IMG/VR virus record: IMGVR_UViG_3300031963_012969 | DNA length: 64,000 nt | Strand: one strand, 5' to 3' | Source of the DNA: a virus | In this document: piece by piece, positions 17,500 through 28,615 of the stretch | Layout of the letters: each line of letters starts with the position of its first letter | How positions within the stretch are numbered: the stretch's first letter is position 1 | Translations under genes and position numbers: made by a program | The notes under the pieces: model-generated | Databases searched by the model: none | What the model saw: the letters and a program-made list of their open reading frames with translations, nothing else | What the model was told of the DNA's origin: nothing

Positions 17500-17757
17500 T
17501 TATATAAACTTAAGGAATGAAATAGCAGAAAGACCAAAAAGATATATAGCAATACATGCTGCTGTTTTTGCGGTTTCTCCTCCCAACACAAACACGTCAG
17601 AAAAGAATCTAGATATGCTCCACCCAGCAAGAAGCCATAAAAAGAAGGCAATAGGGGTAAATATTTTACCCATAATAAGTCCGCAAATGACTACGTATGA
17701 AACAAAATAAAGCCCAATAAATTGTGAATTACTTTTTGATACTTGTACTTTTAACAT
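17500..17757 (-). CDS. Small membrane protein
   Basis: 85 aa with about three hydrophobic segments. Confidence 0.5.
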   Translation of the reverse strand: MLKVQVSKSNSQFIGLYFVSYVVICGLIMGKIFTPIAFFLWLLAGWSISRFFSDVFVLGGETAKTAACIAIYLFGLSAISFLKFI

Positions 17758-18175
17758 TTTTAATAGTTTAACAGAATTAATTCGTTTTCTTCTTTTATCT
17801 TTTGTATAGCTTTATCTTTTTCAATCTTTTTTGTGATCACGCAAATGAATAAAGATAAAATAGAGCCCCCCAACAAGAATATGGGCTCCATCATATTACT
17901 GAGCCTTTGTGCAGATGGGGCATTAAATCAATTTCAATATTTTTACCGCTTAACGTTATTTTTAACTTACTCAATAACAAGCTACTTAGAACTAGGCATG
18001 TTATTGACAGAATTAAATTAGTTGTTGTTGTCATTTTTTGTTTTGTGTTGTTTTATTACTTTTTCTTCAATGGTCTGCAATTTTTCAAAAACCATAGATT
18101 TAGATGGCTGAAATTTTGAGACGCTAGAGCCTTGTAGCTCTTTTTCCATGTATTTTTTGGGGTTCCTGGATTTCA

Positions 18176-18571
18176 TTATATCTCGTCTTCTCCTTCTTCT
18201 CCTTCTTCAGTTACTATGTTGACCCCTTCAACTGAGGAGACGGAAACCTCTTCAGACTTTTTTCTCTTTTTTTCTTCGATGTCGTCCAAGTAGTTTGTAT
18301 CTTCAGGGGGGGAGTCACCAAATCTTTCGTGTGCCCAAGCCCTAGTATTATCAATTTTATCGCAGAAGAAGTGAGTTCCCTCGTCGTCTACGATAATCAT
18401 TTTTCTAGGTTTATAGGTTAGTTCCGCCCCCTTAAGACTTGTCAGCATATCTTCTGATACACCTTCGCTTAATAGATATTCCACTCTGTCAGGGGCAATA
18501 ATTTCATTAGTTATACAGCAATAAAATTTTTTGCTTCTAGAGTATTTTTTAAGTTCTTTTTTATTTAACAT
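18176..18571 (-). CDS. Hypothetical protein with weak DksA/TraR-like N-terminus and acidic tail
   Basis: CCITNEIIAPDRVEYL resembles C-x2-C-x3-I-x3-R-L, but the second Cys pair is missing. Confidence 0.4.
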   Translation of the reverse strand: MLNKKELKKYSRSKKFYCCITNEIIAPDRVEYLLSEGVSEDMLTSLKGAELTYKPRKMIIVDDEGTHFFCDKIDNTRAWAHERFGDSPPEDTNYLDDIEEKKRKKSEEVSVSSVEGVNIVTEEGEEGEDEI

Positions 18572-18814
18572 TACTTTCTTTATTGCCCTGACTTAAAATA
18601 TCTATTAGTTACACTAGAAAAATATCTTTCCTTTATATTTATCCGGCCTACTATATAAATCGTAATATGTTGGAGCTCTTAATTCTTGTTTAACTCTTTC
18701 ACGATTTATTGCAAGTATTATTTTTTCCCCAAGGTTTTCGACCTGGCGGTAGAATATTTTAATTGCTTGATTGTACATATATATTAATATCCATTTCAAT
18801 ATTTATTATTATTA

Positions 18815-20530
18815 ATGATCGATACAACAACTTCCGTCTCCAAAGAGGAGCTTCAGCAATTGTATTCAAAATTGGCACCAAGACTAGACTTAGTAAACAT
18901 GGTGCCTTCTTCTATTAGCTTTCAGGGAAAGCCTCTAGACATCCTACACAGAAGACCAATGTTTTCTCCAATGTTTAGGAAAACACGAAGAGCCTTGAAG
19001 GATGTTTACATGTGCGGCAGACAGATCGGCAAAACCGTATCTATAAGCAGTTCTATTTTAATGCACTGTTGGTGGAGAGAGTTTTTTAGACTTCTATATG
19101 TTGCCCCTATGTCTATCTATACACAGAGATTGCATAGTATGTTTATGCAACCAATGATACATGGAAAATTATTACCATGGGCTGTTTCAGACAGTAGCTG
19201 CATGAACAATGTGCACGAAAAAAGTTTTATGACTGGTAGTAGATATGTTGGAATCTCCTGCTTTAACAATGCCCAAAACGCACTTGGCTTAAGCGTGGAC
19301 TGGGTAATGTTTGATGAAACCCAAGATTTAAACTCGGATTTTATACCTCAAATTCGAGAAGTAGTTGGTACCTCTGAATATAGATATGAAAGTTATTTTG
19401 GAACTGCTCGCGGCGTAGACAATACTCTTACCACCTTATTTGATTCATCTACCCAGAATACATGGTTTATGAAATGCCAGCACTGCAAGCATGAAAATAC
19501 TCCAACATTAGCTGGCAATGTATTAGACATGATACAGATAAATGGTATAAGTTGTGTTAAATGTAAAAAATTACTGGATGTAGAGATGGGGGAATGGAGA
19601 CCATTATTTCAATACGATCCGATTAAAAGGGATAAAGAAGGTTACCATATTCCACAAATAATAATAAAAGATAGAATTACTCCACACTCTAGATATATAG
19701 ATACGGTATACAATAAGTTACATGGATCGTCCGCTTATTCAGAGGCACGATTCCTTCAGGAAATATTGGGTATACCAACTTCTCAAGGTGGTGTACCAAT
19801 TACACAACAAGACATTATTGAGGCAAGCACATTGCCAATTGAGAAAGACACTATATGGAATACACAACAGTATCAAAGAGTGACTGGTGGAGTTGACTGG
19901 GGCGGTGCTGAAGTAGTCAGCTTTACTGTTGGAACAGCAGTCGGATACAGAAATGGAGTATTTGACTGTTTTGCCGCAATTAGGCCAACAGGTATTCCTG
20001 ACGAGCAACGACACTATATCGTTGGAGAATACCTGACTAGAGCAACTGGAAGCAGGATTGACTTAGTGGGGGCTGATGCAGGCTTTGTAGGAAGTGTGCA
20101 AAATCCTAACCTTAGTCAACACATGAATACCCCCGTTGCATCCATCGCTTACGGCACAACAAAAAGATTTTTCATACCGCAAACAAATAACTGCTTTACG
20201 GTTGATAGGACAACAATAATATATATTGTATTTTCTTTAATAAAATCTAAGAGAATTAGGTTCCCTAGTGGAAGCTGGTTTGAGCAATACACCAGAGATT
20301 TATTAGCCATCTTTACAGAAGATATCTCTAATACACATGGAATAACTGTCAGAAGGTACAGCAGATACAAAGATAGACCAGATGACTTTGTACATGCTCT
20401 GGGATATGCAATATTTACTGCTGCACTTGGAATAACTGATTTGCCTGCCATGGCTGGTATGCCATCAAATATGTCTGTCAATGCGCCCTACATCAGAGAC
20501 ATAGGAGAAGAGGTTGCACCATTTTATTGA
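18815..20530 (+). CDS. terL: Terminase large subunit (GpA-like ATPase plus RNase H-fold nuclease)
   Basis: GRQIGKT Walker A, VMFDETQD Walker B, CQHC/CVKC zinc motif, EILG, GVDWGG and PDDFVHALGY. Confidence 0.85.
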   Translation: MIDTTTSVSKEELQQLYSKLAPRLDLVNMVPSSISFQGKPLDILHRRPMFSPMFRKTRRALKDVYMCGRQIGKTVSISSSILMHCWWREFFRLLYVAPMSIYTQRLHSMFMQPMIHGKLLPWAVSDSSCMNNVHEKSFMTGSRYVGISCFNNAQNALGLSVDWVMFDETQDLNSDFIPQIREVVGTSEYRYESYFGTARGVDNTLTTLFDSSTQNTWFMKCQHCKHENTPTLAGNVLDMIQINGISCVKCKKLLDVEMGEWRPLFQYDPIKRDKEGYHIPQIIIKDRITPHSRYIDTVYNKLHGSSAYSEARFLQEILGIPTSQGGVPITQQDIIEASTLPIEKDTIWNTQQYQRVTGGVDWGGAEVVSFTVGTAVGYRNGVFDCFAAIRPTGIPDEQRHYIVGEYLTRATGSRIDLVGADAGFVGSVQNPNLSQHMNTPVASIAYGTTKRFFIPQTNNCFTVDRTTIIYIVFSLIKSKRIRFPSGSWFEQYTRDLLAIFTEDISNTHGITVRRYSRYKDRPDDFVHALGYAIFTAALGITDLPAMAGMPSNMSVNAPYIRDIGEEVAPFY

Positions 20531-21869
20531 AGAATTTCGGATGATTTATCAAGAAATCTGATCAACGGATGCAAGGCCCTCTTCCCCTTATGAACGGTGT
20601 GTATATGGACATTTTTGTTATTATGTATTAACTGTAATCCGTTTTTACATTTTCTTACCTTGAATCCCATTTTTTGGGAGTCTTGAATTAATCTCACTAC
20701 TTTATGTTCATCACTCATAATCAAATTTAGTCCAATCGAGGTCACCATGCATAGGCCACACAGTAACCCCCTCTTTTTTTGACCTTTCTATAATTTGTTC
20801 AAGTTCTCCACTGCAGTATAGACTTAATCCGTAATTTCCTGGATTGCATATGTACACAGACCCAGAAAACCCTTTAAATATCCAATTTTCTCCCACTTTT
20901 TCAGCGCTCTGTATTCCGCTGTTCATTTGCCAAGAATCGCTGCCTGTGTATCCCCCGTACCAGCAGCCAAAAACCTTATAAGTAGTTTTTATGTTTTCTC
21001 CATATATTTTAACTATAACCCATTTATGGGGGGTATACTCATTATTGCTCATTTTATTTTTTTATTAATTTATTGTAATCTTTATTAATTGTTTCTAGAT
21101 AATGTGAAAAATCTTCAAAATCATGATTCCGGCAAGAGTTTATGTATTCTTGAAGTATTTTAATTCCTTGGTGATTCATATTTAAGTTTTTATATAATCT
21201 TGAAAACTCTAAATTCATTAATTCATTTAATTTTATAAAAAACGACACCACTTCATATATAGCGTCTTCTGGGTGCCTGCCGTCAGTTGTCCGCACCATA
21301 TCTATACATCTTTTTTTAGTTCCCATATTCAAGTATTCCATGTTCGCATAATAAATTATTTAATCGTATGTTGGACACTTCCAAATCTCGTATGCGACTA
21401 GACTGATCAGTTACTTTAATTTTAAGGGTTTCAATTTCTTTTTTTAGTGACTCATTTTCTGTTTCCAGCTCAGCGGCAAAACTAGATGGTACTGTGGCGC
21501 ATGAGTAAAAACCTATATGTGGAGTTGAAACTTTATCTGTCCTTGGATGAGTACTCATCTTTATTTTACTTTGTTTTTCTTTATATATTCCTGAATCTTA
21601 TCGGAAGTAGATACAAAATGTTTTTTACACTCTTTTTCTGCTTCCTCTATAGTTTTTACTGGTTTTTTTATTATAGTAACTGGCTCAGCGAACCTAACTA
21701 GCTCAACCCAGGCAGTATATCCATTTTTTTTAAACCCTTCTTCTATTCCATAAGTCCATCCTAGTTCTTTTATGTGACACTCTAACCAACTAAAAGATCT
21801 GTCATCGCCAAATCTTTTCTTCCACTTAAACATGAATTTATTGTTTTTTGGTTTTTGTTTATTTTCCAT
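20524..21869 (-). CDS. Cluster of five small hypothetical genes (20524-20748, 20711-21052, 21054-21341, 21316-21558, 21561-21869)
   Basis: Tightly packed, overlapping minus-strand ORFs typical of phage accessory regions. The first is weakly HicA-like (GFKVRKCKNG...TVH). Confidence 0.55.
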
Positions 21870-21871
21870 TT

Positions 21872-22261
21872 TTATAGTTCTTCTGTTAATTTTTGCGGTC
21901 TTCTCATCCAGGTCTTTGGTTGTATATTTTCAAACCAGTCCTGAATACTTGGTATACGTCCCAAGTCTTCTGCTACATGTTGTTCGGCAACCCACCTAGT
22001 CGGTATGATCTTTCCGGTAGATAGTGTTATTGTTGTGCCAAATTGTCTTTCACATTGATATATGCCTTCGGAGTGATGCCTTAAAGCTCTGTGCCTGAAA
22101 TCAGCAAACATTTCTTTGCTTTGGTCAAACCAGTTATGTATTTCTATATAATCGTCTACGCATCCACCCCACTTTTTCACAGAAGACATGCTGTGATGGT
22201 ATGGGTGACTCATTAGAGGGTGCTTGTCTCGTGCTCTTCCACCATCATGCAGTGATTCCAA
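21872..22261 (-). CDS. DUF6915-like protein (true start probably MSHPYHH)
   Basis: HPYHHSMSSVKKWGG...IHNWFD.SK...RHRALRHHSEGI...AEQHVAEDLG.IP..DW. Confidence 0.65.
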   Translation of the reverse strand: MESLHDGGRARDKHPLMSHPYHHSMSSVKKWGGCVDDYIEIHNWFDQSKEMFADFRHRALRHHSEGIYQCERQFGTTITLSTGKIIPTRWVAEQHVAEDLGRIPSIQDWFENIQPKTWMRRPQKLTEEL

Positions 22262-22674
22262 TTTATTTTATTTTCTGCAACCTTAAATTCAAAATCTCCG
22301 TTAGATCCTGCATCTATTTCCCATCCTGGGTGTTTTAACTCTAGTACTTGGTATAAATAAGTTTCAACTGCTTCATATATCTCAAATTCTTTTTCGATTT
22401 GCTGTGTCTCGTATTGATTAGACACCCAAATGTTTTCTACAAGGTTTATGGATATGCTAGGAATTTTACCACATATCTTTTTCCAATCAGATACTTGATC
22501 ACATTTTCCTGTTTTTTTATTTTTGACCCAAAAAGTTATATCATTAATTGATCCACTATCACCGTATCCAGAATAAGACGCATTTACTTCTTCCACATTT
22601 AATGCAGACAATGCAGAAAAAATATTTTTCTTATTTTCGTTTATTTTTTGTTGGTTAATTTCTTGAATGTTCAT
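22213..22674 (-). CDS. DUF6878-like protein
   Basis: YSGYGDSG and GWEIDAGSNG motifs; adjacent to the DUF6915-like gene. Confidence 0.6.
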   Translation of the reverse strand: MNIQEINQQKINENKKNIFSALSALNVEEVNASYSGYGDSGSINDITFWVKNKKTGKCDQVSDWKKICGKIPSISINLVENIWVSNQYETQQIEKEFEIYEAVETYLYQVLELKHPGWEIDAGSNGDFEFKVAENKINWNHCMMVEEHETSTL

Positions 22675-22676
22675 TT

Positions 22677-22991
22677 TTATTTGATTGTTTTGTTCAACTC
22701 TTGTTCTATTTTTTTCTGCTCTGCGAAGAATTCTTGCATTGCTTGTTCGTGTTCAGTATCAGGAGAGTCTTCCCAGTTTTCTCTTATTCTTTCTATAAAA
22801 TATGATACCGACTCTTCATCAAGAGTATAAGCAGGACCAAATGATCCAACATCAGATATCATCCAGTCTGTAAACTTGAGATCTGATCCATCTGGCCAAA
22901 CTGTTACAACATATTTTACTTTTGATTCTGGGTTTATAGGATCTTCTTTTATCATAAAAACCCTTGAGGATTCATCGTCCCATATAGTCAT
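22677..22991 (-). CDS. Hypothetical protein
   Basis: 104-aa ORF in the track. Confidence 0.5.
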   Translation of the reverse strand: MTIWDDESSRVFMIKEDPINPESKVKYVVTVWPDGSDLKFTDWMISDVGSFGPAYTLDEESVSYFIERIRENWEDSPDTEHEQAMQEFFAEQKKIEQELNKTIK

Positions 22992-23230
22992 ATTTTTGAA
23001 ATTTTAATGTTTTTTTAATTTTTATTAATTAAATATAATTAGGAACCACATGTTTCCAGTGTTTACGTATACTTTCAATTATTTGATCTTTTATTTCCTG
23101 TTCAACCTCAGCTTCGGTATATCGTTCCACTATTTTGTATTCATTGAATTTGTTTTCAGATCCATCTAGATATAAAGTCACTGTATATGGCTTTCCATTT
23201 TTTGCGAAATAAATTTCGTGTTTTTCCATT

Positions 23231-24427
23231 TTATTTGTGTTTTTGTGTAATTTGTTGATACATTTCTTCAAGTAATGTATTTTTTTGATAACCAATTAAA
23301 TTAAGCATATCTACGGATAAAGATTGCCTCCAGAATGGAGCTAAAACTAATTCGTGTACACTTCTATCTAGTGTATATTCGTATCCCCAATCTTTTATCC
23401 AATTTAAATCTATGCAAATATCATTTTTTTCGGCACCTAACACGGTTTTCTCGAAAGATGTTCTTATCCTTTTTATTGCCTCTTCAGCAGTATCAGCTTT
23501 TGATTTAACAAATTTTACGTCTCTTGAGTAAGTATTTCTCTTGTAAACACCGGCTGAAAATTTTCCTGTATCCATGCATTCATTTACTGAATAAGTTAAA
23601 TTATCTTGCCCGACCTGTATAACTGCTGCAAGTCTTAGTATACTTGATGGAGAAAAGTCAATTGATGGCCAATAAAATGGTTGCCAAATATTTGATGTAT
23701 TTGAAATATTAATAATTGGTTTACTGTCATAAGTATAAGCACCGTTTTTTGTAAACTCTCTTTGAAAAAATAAATCTGGGCGTCCATACACCGAGTGATT
23801 TATGGATACAATATAATTGTCGTGCTCAGTTTTTTTCTTGTCTATCCCAAGTGTTGTTTTTCTTAAAAAGTTTTCTTCACTATTTTGGCTACCTAAAGTC
23901 TCCTCTTTACTGCCTCCAATCCCCATAGCCCCTGTGTATGCTAGTATAGTGCGATTTACATTTAAGCTTTCTTCACCCATTTTTACGAATAGGTGGCAAA
24001 GCCTATTTAGAGTAGTTAATGAATTTAACTTAAGTAATTTAATAAATCTATCTGAATAATAATTTGATTGATTGATTTCCTCTCCAAAATCATCAAACTG
24101 GTTTAGAAATGCACGAGCTACTGATATAGTCTTTTCAGTATCGGAGCCAGGGAGGCCTTTTTGCTTAGCTATTTCAAAGGCTGTCTGCTTGATGCTATGT
24201 TGTCCTGTATTTATTAGATTAAAAAAACTTTCGCACGCAAAAATACTCTTAAGAATAGAGCAACTACATGCCACGTCAGACAGGTCCCCCGCCCATCCAC
24301 AATTAGTTAAGCATATAGCATGGAATTGATTTGTCATAACATCATCACTTCCACACTTAGGGCATTTTGGGGGTTTTATTTCATTAATTAGTTCATCGAA
24401 ATATGTCTCGTCTTTGTCGTTTTCCAT
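23231..24427 (-). CDS. Hypothetical protein with N-terminal Zn ribbon
   Basis: CPKCGS...CLTNCGW in a 398-aa ORF. Confidence 0.55.
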   Translation of the reverse strand: MENDKDETYFDELINEIKPPKCPKCGSDDVMTNQFHAICLTNCGWAGDLSDVACSCSILKSIFACESFFNLINTGQHSIKQTAFEIAKQKGLPGSDTEKTISVARAFLNQFDDFGEEINQSNYYSDRFIKLLKLNSLTTLNRLCHLFVKMGEESLNVNRTILAYTGAMGIGGSKEETLGSQNSEENFLRKTTLGIDKKKTEHDNYIVSINHSVYGRPDLFFQREFTKNGAYTYDSKPIINISNTSNIWQPFYWPSIDFSPSSILRLAAVIQVGQDNLTYSVNECMDTGKFSAGVYKRNTYSRDVKFVKSKADTAEEAIKRIRTSFEKTVLGAEKNDICIDLNWIKDWGYEYTLDRSVHELVLAPFWRQSLSVDMLNLIGYQKNTLLEEMYQQITQKHK

Positions 24428-26814
24428 ATATTGTTTTTGCTGTTTATTTTGTCTTGTATTGGATTTGGAAATTCCACTCTCATGAACACTCTCCTATCCT
24501 TGAGGTCAATTAATGGATAAGTTACTTTGTTGCGATTAATCTTAAGCAATTTAATTATTTCTGATTTTTTAAAGTCATAACCCATTTCACTTAACTCGCT
24601 AAATATTTTTATATATATATTTGTTCCATGGTCATCTGTTTCAATAAACTTAGATAAATTAACGTCTTCTGTTACATACCATGCAAAAGATTCTAAGCAC
24701 TGATTAGTATTATATATTTTTGCTAATGCTTTTCTTAGGTTATAAATTTGATCAGCTGTACTTAAAAAGTTTTCAATGTTTTTGATATAATTTGAATTTA
24801 AGTTATCTACACAAAACTTAAATATAAACAACAACATAGGCTCTGTAATATTCAATATTTGCGGGGGCGTATCTGTTTTTAATGCTATAACTTTTTTTGT
24901 GTATTTTTGGTCATTGTCTATCAATGAAATTGTGCAACAATTTTTATTTAAATTTTTGGGGTTCAATATTTTTTCTATTATTTGAGGCATTTTACTTTTA
25001 ACTAAACTATTTACAGTGCTTACTCCAAGCACCTCGGATATACCTCTAACTATGTTTCTATTTGACACAATGTGAGATACATCATTTTTTATTAAAGAAT
25101 AAATAAATTGTAAAGACGCAACAAATACTTCAGACCCAAAGGTAGAAGAACACAATTCTTTTATTTGTTTTTTGCATAATTTATTGTATTCTTTTGTGTT
25201 ATTTAAATTTATTGGGTTTCTTATATTTATATTTTTTTCACCTATCACATTATTGCATACGCTTAAACCAGTTTTATCGCACTTAAATGTTTCTGTTACA
25301 AGGGTTTCATTGCTTATTCCATATGTCTCTTTCTTTATCGTGTTTATTTTTGAGGAGTTTAAGCCTCTTATAATATATGGAGAAGCCTGCATAACTAATT
25401 TATTTGAATTTATATAAGCTTGTTCCAACGAGTTTTTAACACAAACAAAATTAATTATTTTAAACAATTTTTTGCTTTGGAAGAAATCAGAGTGTTGGAT
25501 AAAAAAACGTGCTTCTTTGTCTCCGATAAATAGAGTGCAGTCATATTCTATATTTCCTTCTTCAGAGCAAAGCGCCGCATTTATATTTATCCAAAAATTA
25601 CTGATCGGTTTCATTGACCAGTCTTGAAGCACTTCATTGTAGCAACTATTGTGTATCTTGAATTTTTTATTTGCTGCCGAAAAACTATTTATACTAGTCC
25701 CGAAAATAGCAATTGCTTCATTTATCTTCTTTTTTTCTGTATTCGTTTCAAGACAATAAAAATCAATTAGTTTATTCCTGAAATAATCTGAGCAATTATG
25801 CATTTTAAGTAGTTCACTGCAAAAACTTTTAATTTCATGCTTATTTGAAAGCTTAAGTTCGTAAACTATATCATGAACGATATCGACTGGATTTATCCTA
25901 CTTATTTCGTCATCAAAACTTTTTGTGATAGAAAAAAGACCAGAATCACTTTGGGTTAGCCTATATATATATACATCCGTTGATGCCTCACTTAAACAAG
26001 CAAATTTATAGCTTTTTTCATCGGCACCTAATACTACTTCTATTTTGGGTGGAATCTTACTAAAAAATGTTGCCACGCTTTCTGAGCCTAGCATCACGCC
26101 AACCGGAAACGATATTAGCCCCTGTGTATCAACCAATGATTTTGATATGCTAGATGCCAGAAAAGATGAATCAGTTAATATTATTTTATTAGTCCATTGA
26201 ACAAAGTCAGTCCATCTATCAGCTAATATAGATATTTTACCGCTTGGTATAGGAACTTTTACCTCTCCAATGTAAGATCCTAGTAGAGTGTAAATTAAAC
26301 ATTTGCTTGGTATACCATTTTCATCCCTAGTCATAAGTATACTATAGTCTAAAGATGTATTTAATTTACTTATCGACCTTCTAAAAAACAAAGAATTTAG
26401 CGTTTCACCAGAAATTTGTGACCAGTCACCATAACTCTTTACTCTCCTTTCATCTAGTTGCACTTTTTCTCTGTAATCGTGTCTACCTGATTCGAATTTA
26501 GACAAAAACTCTAAATACTTAATCCCCCTTTTAATCATGTAATTAGTTTCCCTTATGGAGAATCCACACTCTATTAATTTATCTATTACTTGTGTGTCAG
26601 CCATTCCAAGTATTTTTAGCATATATGACGCAGCACAATAAGATGCGCCGCAATTAAAACATCTAAAAATTGGTTCTGGACCATTTGTGAATATTTCTAG
26701 ACTTTCTTTGTTGTCTATTTTATTGTGGCATCCACATGCAGTAATTGGTACAATTGTACCTGATTGAAGAACCTTGCAAGTTGATAATAATTTTACTAAA
26801 TTAATAGATGACAT
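24388..26814 (-). CDS. Large hypothetical protein with N-terminal primase-like Zn finger
   Basis: CGCH...FRCFNCG in an 808-aa ORF; no intact catalytic motif recognised. Confidence 0.55.
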   Translation of the reverse strand: MSSINLVKLLSTCKVLQSGTIVPITACGCHNKIDNKESLEIFTNGPEPIFRCFNCGASYCAASYMLKILGMADTQVIDKLIECGFSIRETNYMIKRGIKYLEFLSKFESGRHDYREKVQLDERRVKSYGDWSQISGETLNSLFFRRSISKLNTSLDYSILMTRDENGIPSKCLIYTLLGSYIGEVKVPIPSGKISILADRWTDFVQWTNKIILTDSSFLASSISKSLVDTQGLISFPVGVMLGSESVATFFSKIPPKIEVVLGADEKSYKFACLSEASTDVYIYRLTQSDSGLFSITKSFDDEISRINPVDIVHDIVYELKLSNKHEIKSFCSELLKMHNCSDYFRNKLIDFYCLETNTEKKKINEAIAIFGTSINSFSAANKKFKIHNSCYNEVLQDWSMKPISNFWININAALCSEEGNIEYDCTLFIGDKEARFFIQHSDFFQSKKLFKIINFVCVKNSLEQAYINSNKLVMQASPYIIRGLNSSKINTIKKETYGISNETLVTETFKCDKTGLSVCNNVIGEKNINIRNPINLNNTKEYNKLCKKQIKELCSSTFGSEVFVASLQFIYSLIKNDVSHIVSNRNIVRGISEVLGVSTVNSLVKSKMPQIIEKILNPKNLNKNCCTISLIDNDQKYTKKVIALKTDTPPQILNITEPMLLFIFKFCVDNLNSNYIKNIENFLSTADQIYNLRKALAKIYNTNQCLESFAWYVTEDVNLSKFIETDDHGTNIYIKIFSELSEMGYDFKKSEIIKLLKINRNKVTYPLIDLKDRRVFMRVEFPNPIQDKINSKNNIWKTTKTRHISMN

Positions 26815-27833
26815 ATATGAAAGACTTTTACTACGACTACGGTTATAACTTTATCAAAATTTTTAAAGATAAAGAAGTACCAAACTTTATAAAAGAAGCA
26901 AGCTCTTTGGAGCAGGAAGAATTAAGTTCTTTGCCGGATTCAGCTTTTGCATCTGAAGGTACAAGAAGTCTACCAATAACAGATCCAGCAAATGTATTTG
27001 TGAGCGCAGCATATTATTATGGAGCAAATACCCCTAATAACGATGTAGAGCAGAAGATAATAAAAGCTGCTAGTTTCTTTGATATTTTAGAAGACGTTGA
27101 GAGACTAAGGGAAGACATTAAAAACGAAAATTCGGTAAACAATAAAACAGCGAGCGACAATGAGACATGGGAAATATCATTAACCCAGCAAAATGGTAAA
27201 ACAATAAAGTACGCTGGTGACTCAACTAATATAGAAAAATTTTCTAACGAATTTATCTCTAATTTAATCAATAAATGCTCGTTCAATGAAAAAGTTGAGT
27301 GTGCCGAAAAGATCGCTACAGAACTATCCAGGTTTAACAAAAACGTACCACAAAGAATTCTACAGGTTTCTGGAAGAAATATCACAAACACACAGAAACT
27401 TGCAGAACAAGTAAAGGCTAGAGCAGTTAGACTGTTTGAGGATTCCGATAAAGTTACATTATGCAAAATAGCTGATGCACTTGAACAGTCTGAAGAAAAA
27501 ACACTGGATGGTATGAGAAAAATAGCTGAGATACTTGAGACCATTGATCAACAAAATAAGCTTCAAAGATTTTATGGCAAATCCATACAAGATCCATTTG
27601 AGAGTGTGTTTAATACTTCTGTAGAAGATGCTCAAAAAATGGCAGGCATCGTGGAATTGGGAGGGGAAGAATATTCAATGCTAGACCTTGAATTAATTGA
27701 AAAAGAAATTTTTAAATCTGCATTGACTAAAGAAGCTTTTGAAGAGATAGGTATTGGAACTGAGTCCGAGGACTTGAGTAAAATTTCTAAATTAAGCGAA
27801 GACCAGAAGAGCGTCTTAGCTTCATACCTATAA
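26808..27833 (+). CDS. Hypothetical phage protein (possibly virion or morphogenesis)
   Basis: 341-aa ORF; co-oriented with the next gene. Confidence 0.6.
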   Translation: MTYMKDFYYDYGYNFIKIFKDKEVPNFIKEASSLEQEELSSLPDSAFASEGTRSLPITDPANVFVSAAYYYGANTPNNDVEQKIIKAASFFDILEDVERLREDIKNENSVNNKTASDNETWEISLTQQNGKTIKYAGDSTNIEKFSNEFISNLINKCSFNEKVECAEKIATELSRFNKNVPQRILQVSGRNITNTQKLAEQVKARAVRLFEDSDKVTLCKIADALEQSEEKTLDGMRKIAEILETIDQQNKLQRFYGKSIQDPFESVFNTSVEDAQKMAGIVELGGEEYSMLDLELIEKEIFKSALTKEAFEEIGIGTESEDLSKISKLSEDQKSVLASYL

Positions 27834-27835
27834 GA

Positions 27836-28549
27836 ATGCTACCATATAAAACAAAAGACCAGGAAGTTGCAGGAAGAATAATGGCAACACCTGGAACAAT
27901 GGCTACAATTTCACATGCAATAGCTCTCCATTTTTTTGGAGTAGATATTTATGAGTGGGAACCAGAAACTCTTGCGATGGAGCTAACGGACATTCTTGAT
28001 ATAAAGATAGATGAAGAAAATTTAGATAGGCTTCATTCAATTATATCTGCAATAACTAGCAACAGCTTCTACAAGGACTGGGTAGCTTTTACAGCAGTGT
28101 GTTCAACGTTAAACGGAGAGAATGACCCAGATGAGCTTGCAGAAATGACAGTAGCTGAATTTTCATGGGGAGTTATAGAGGTGTCACTAAATGACGAAGA
28201 TGACTCAGACTTATTCTCTAGTGATATATCTGCGTTAGTTGGAACAGTATTAGACCAAGAGGGTTTTACAAATCCACCACCACAACTTAATTTCGCCAAG
28301 ATGCCAGAGAAATACCTTGGCAGCACATACGGAGCAGAGATGAATCAAATGGATTCAAAGTCAGATTATGCTACCGGACTCTTAAATGAATACATAAGAG
28401 ACCAGTCCGTTCTTCTGTTTAAGCAAATCAAAATGTTGCCATGGATCTCTGAAGATCAATTGGAGGACATAGTAAATAACCTATCGTCCGAAATTAACTC
28501 AGTAGCTAACAAAAAGCGTAACGATCCCCTATACGGAAATAACCTCTAA
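27836..28549 (+). CDS. Hypothetical acidic phage protein
   Basis: 237-aa ORF starting 2 nt after the previous gene. Confidence 0.6.
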   Translation: MLPYKTKDQEVAGRIMATPGTMATISHAIALHFFGVDIYEWEPETLAMELTDILDIKIDEENLDRLHSIISAITSNSFYKDWVAFTAVCSTLNGENDPDELAEMTVAEFSWGVIEVSLNDEDDSDLFSSDISALVGTVLDQEGFTNPPPQLNFAKMPEKYLGSTYGAEMNQMDSKSDYATGLLNEYIRDQSVLLFKQIKMLPWISEDQLEDIVNNLSSEINSVANKKRNDPLYGNNL

Positions 28550-28615
28550 CCGAGAGTCAATGTCTTTACCCTATTTTACGGGTTAAAGTTATGACCTCGG
28601 TTAGAGGTTTTTTTT
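28541..28615 (+). terminator. Long-stem terminator-like hairpin
   Basis: AACCTCTAACCGAG (28541-28554) pairs with CTCGGTTAGAGGTT (28596-28609), with inner stems, followed by a T run. Confidence 0.6.

Noticed and set aside
20524-20748. HicA toxin of a toxin-antitoxin pair
   Set aside because: Only a weak resemblance, and no HicB-like neighbour.
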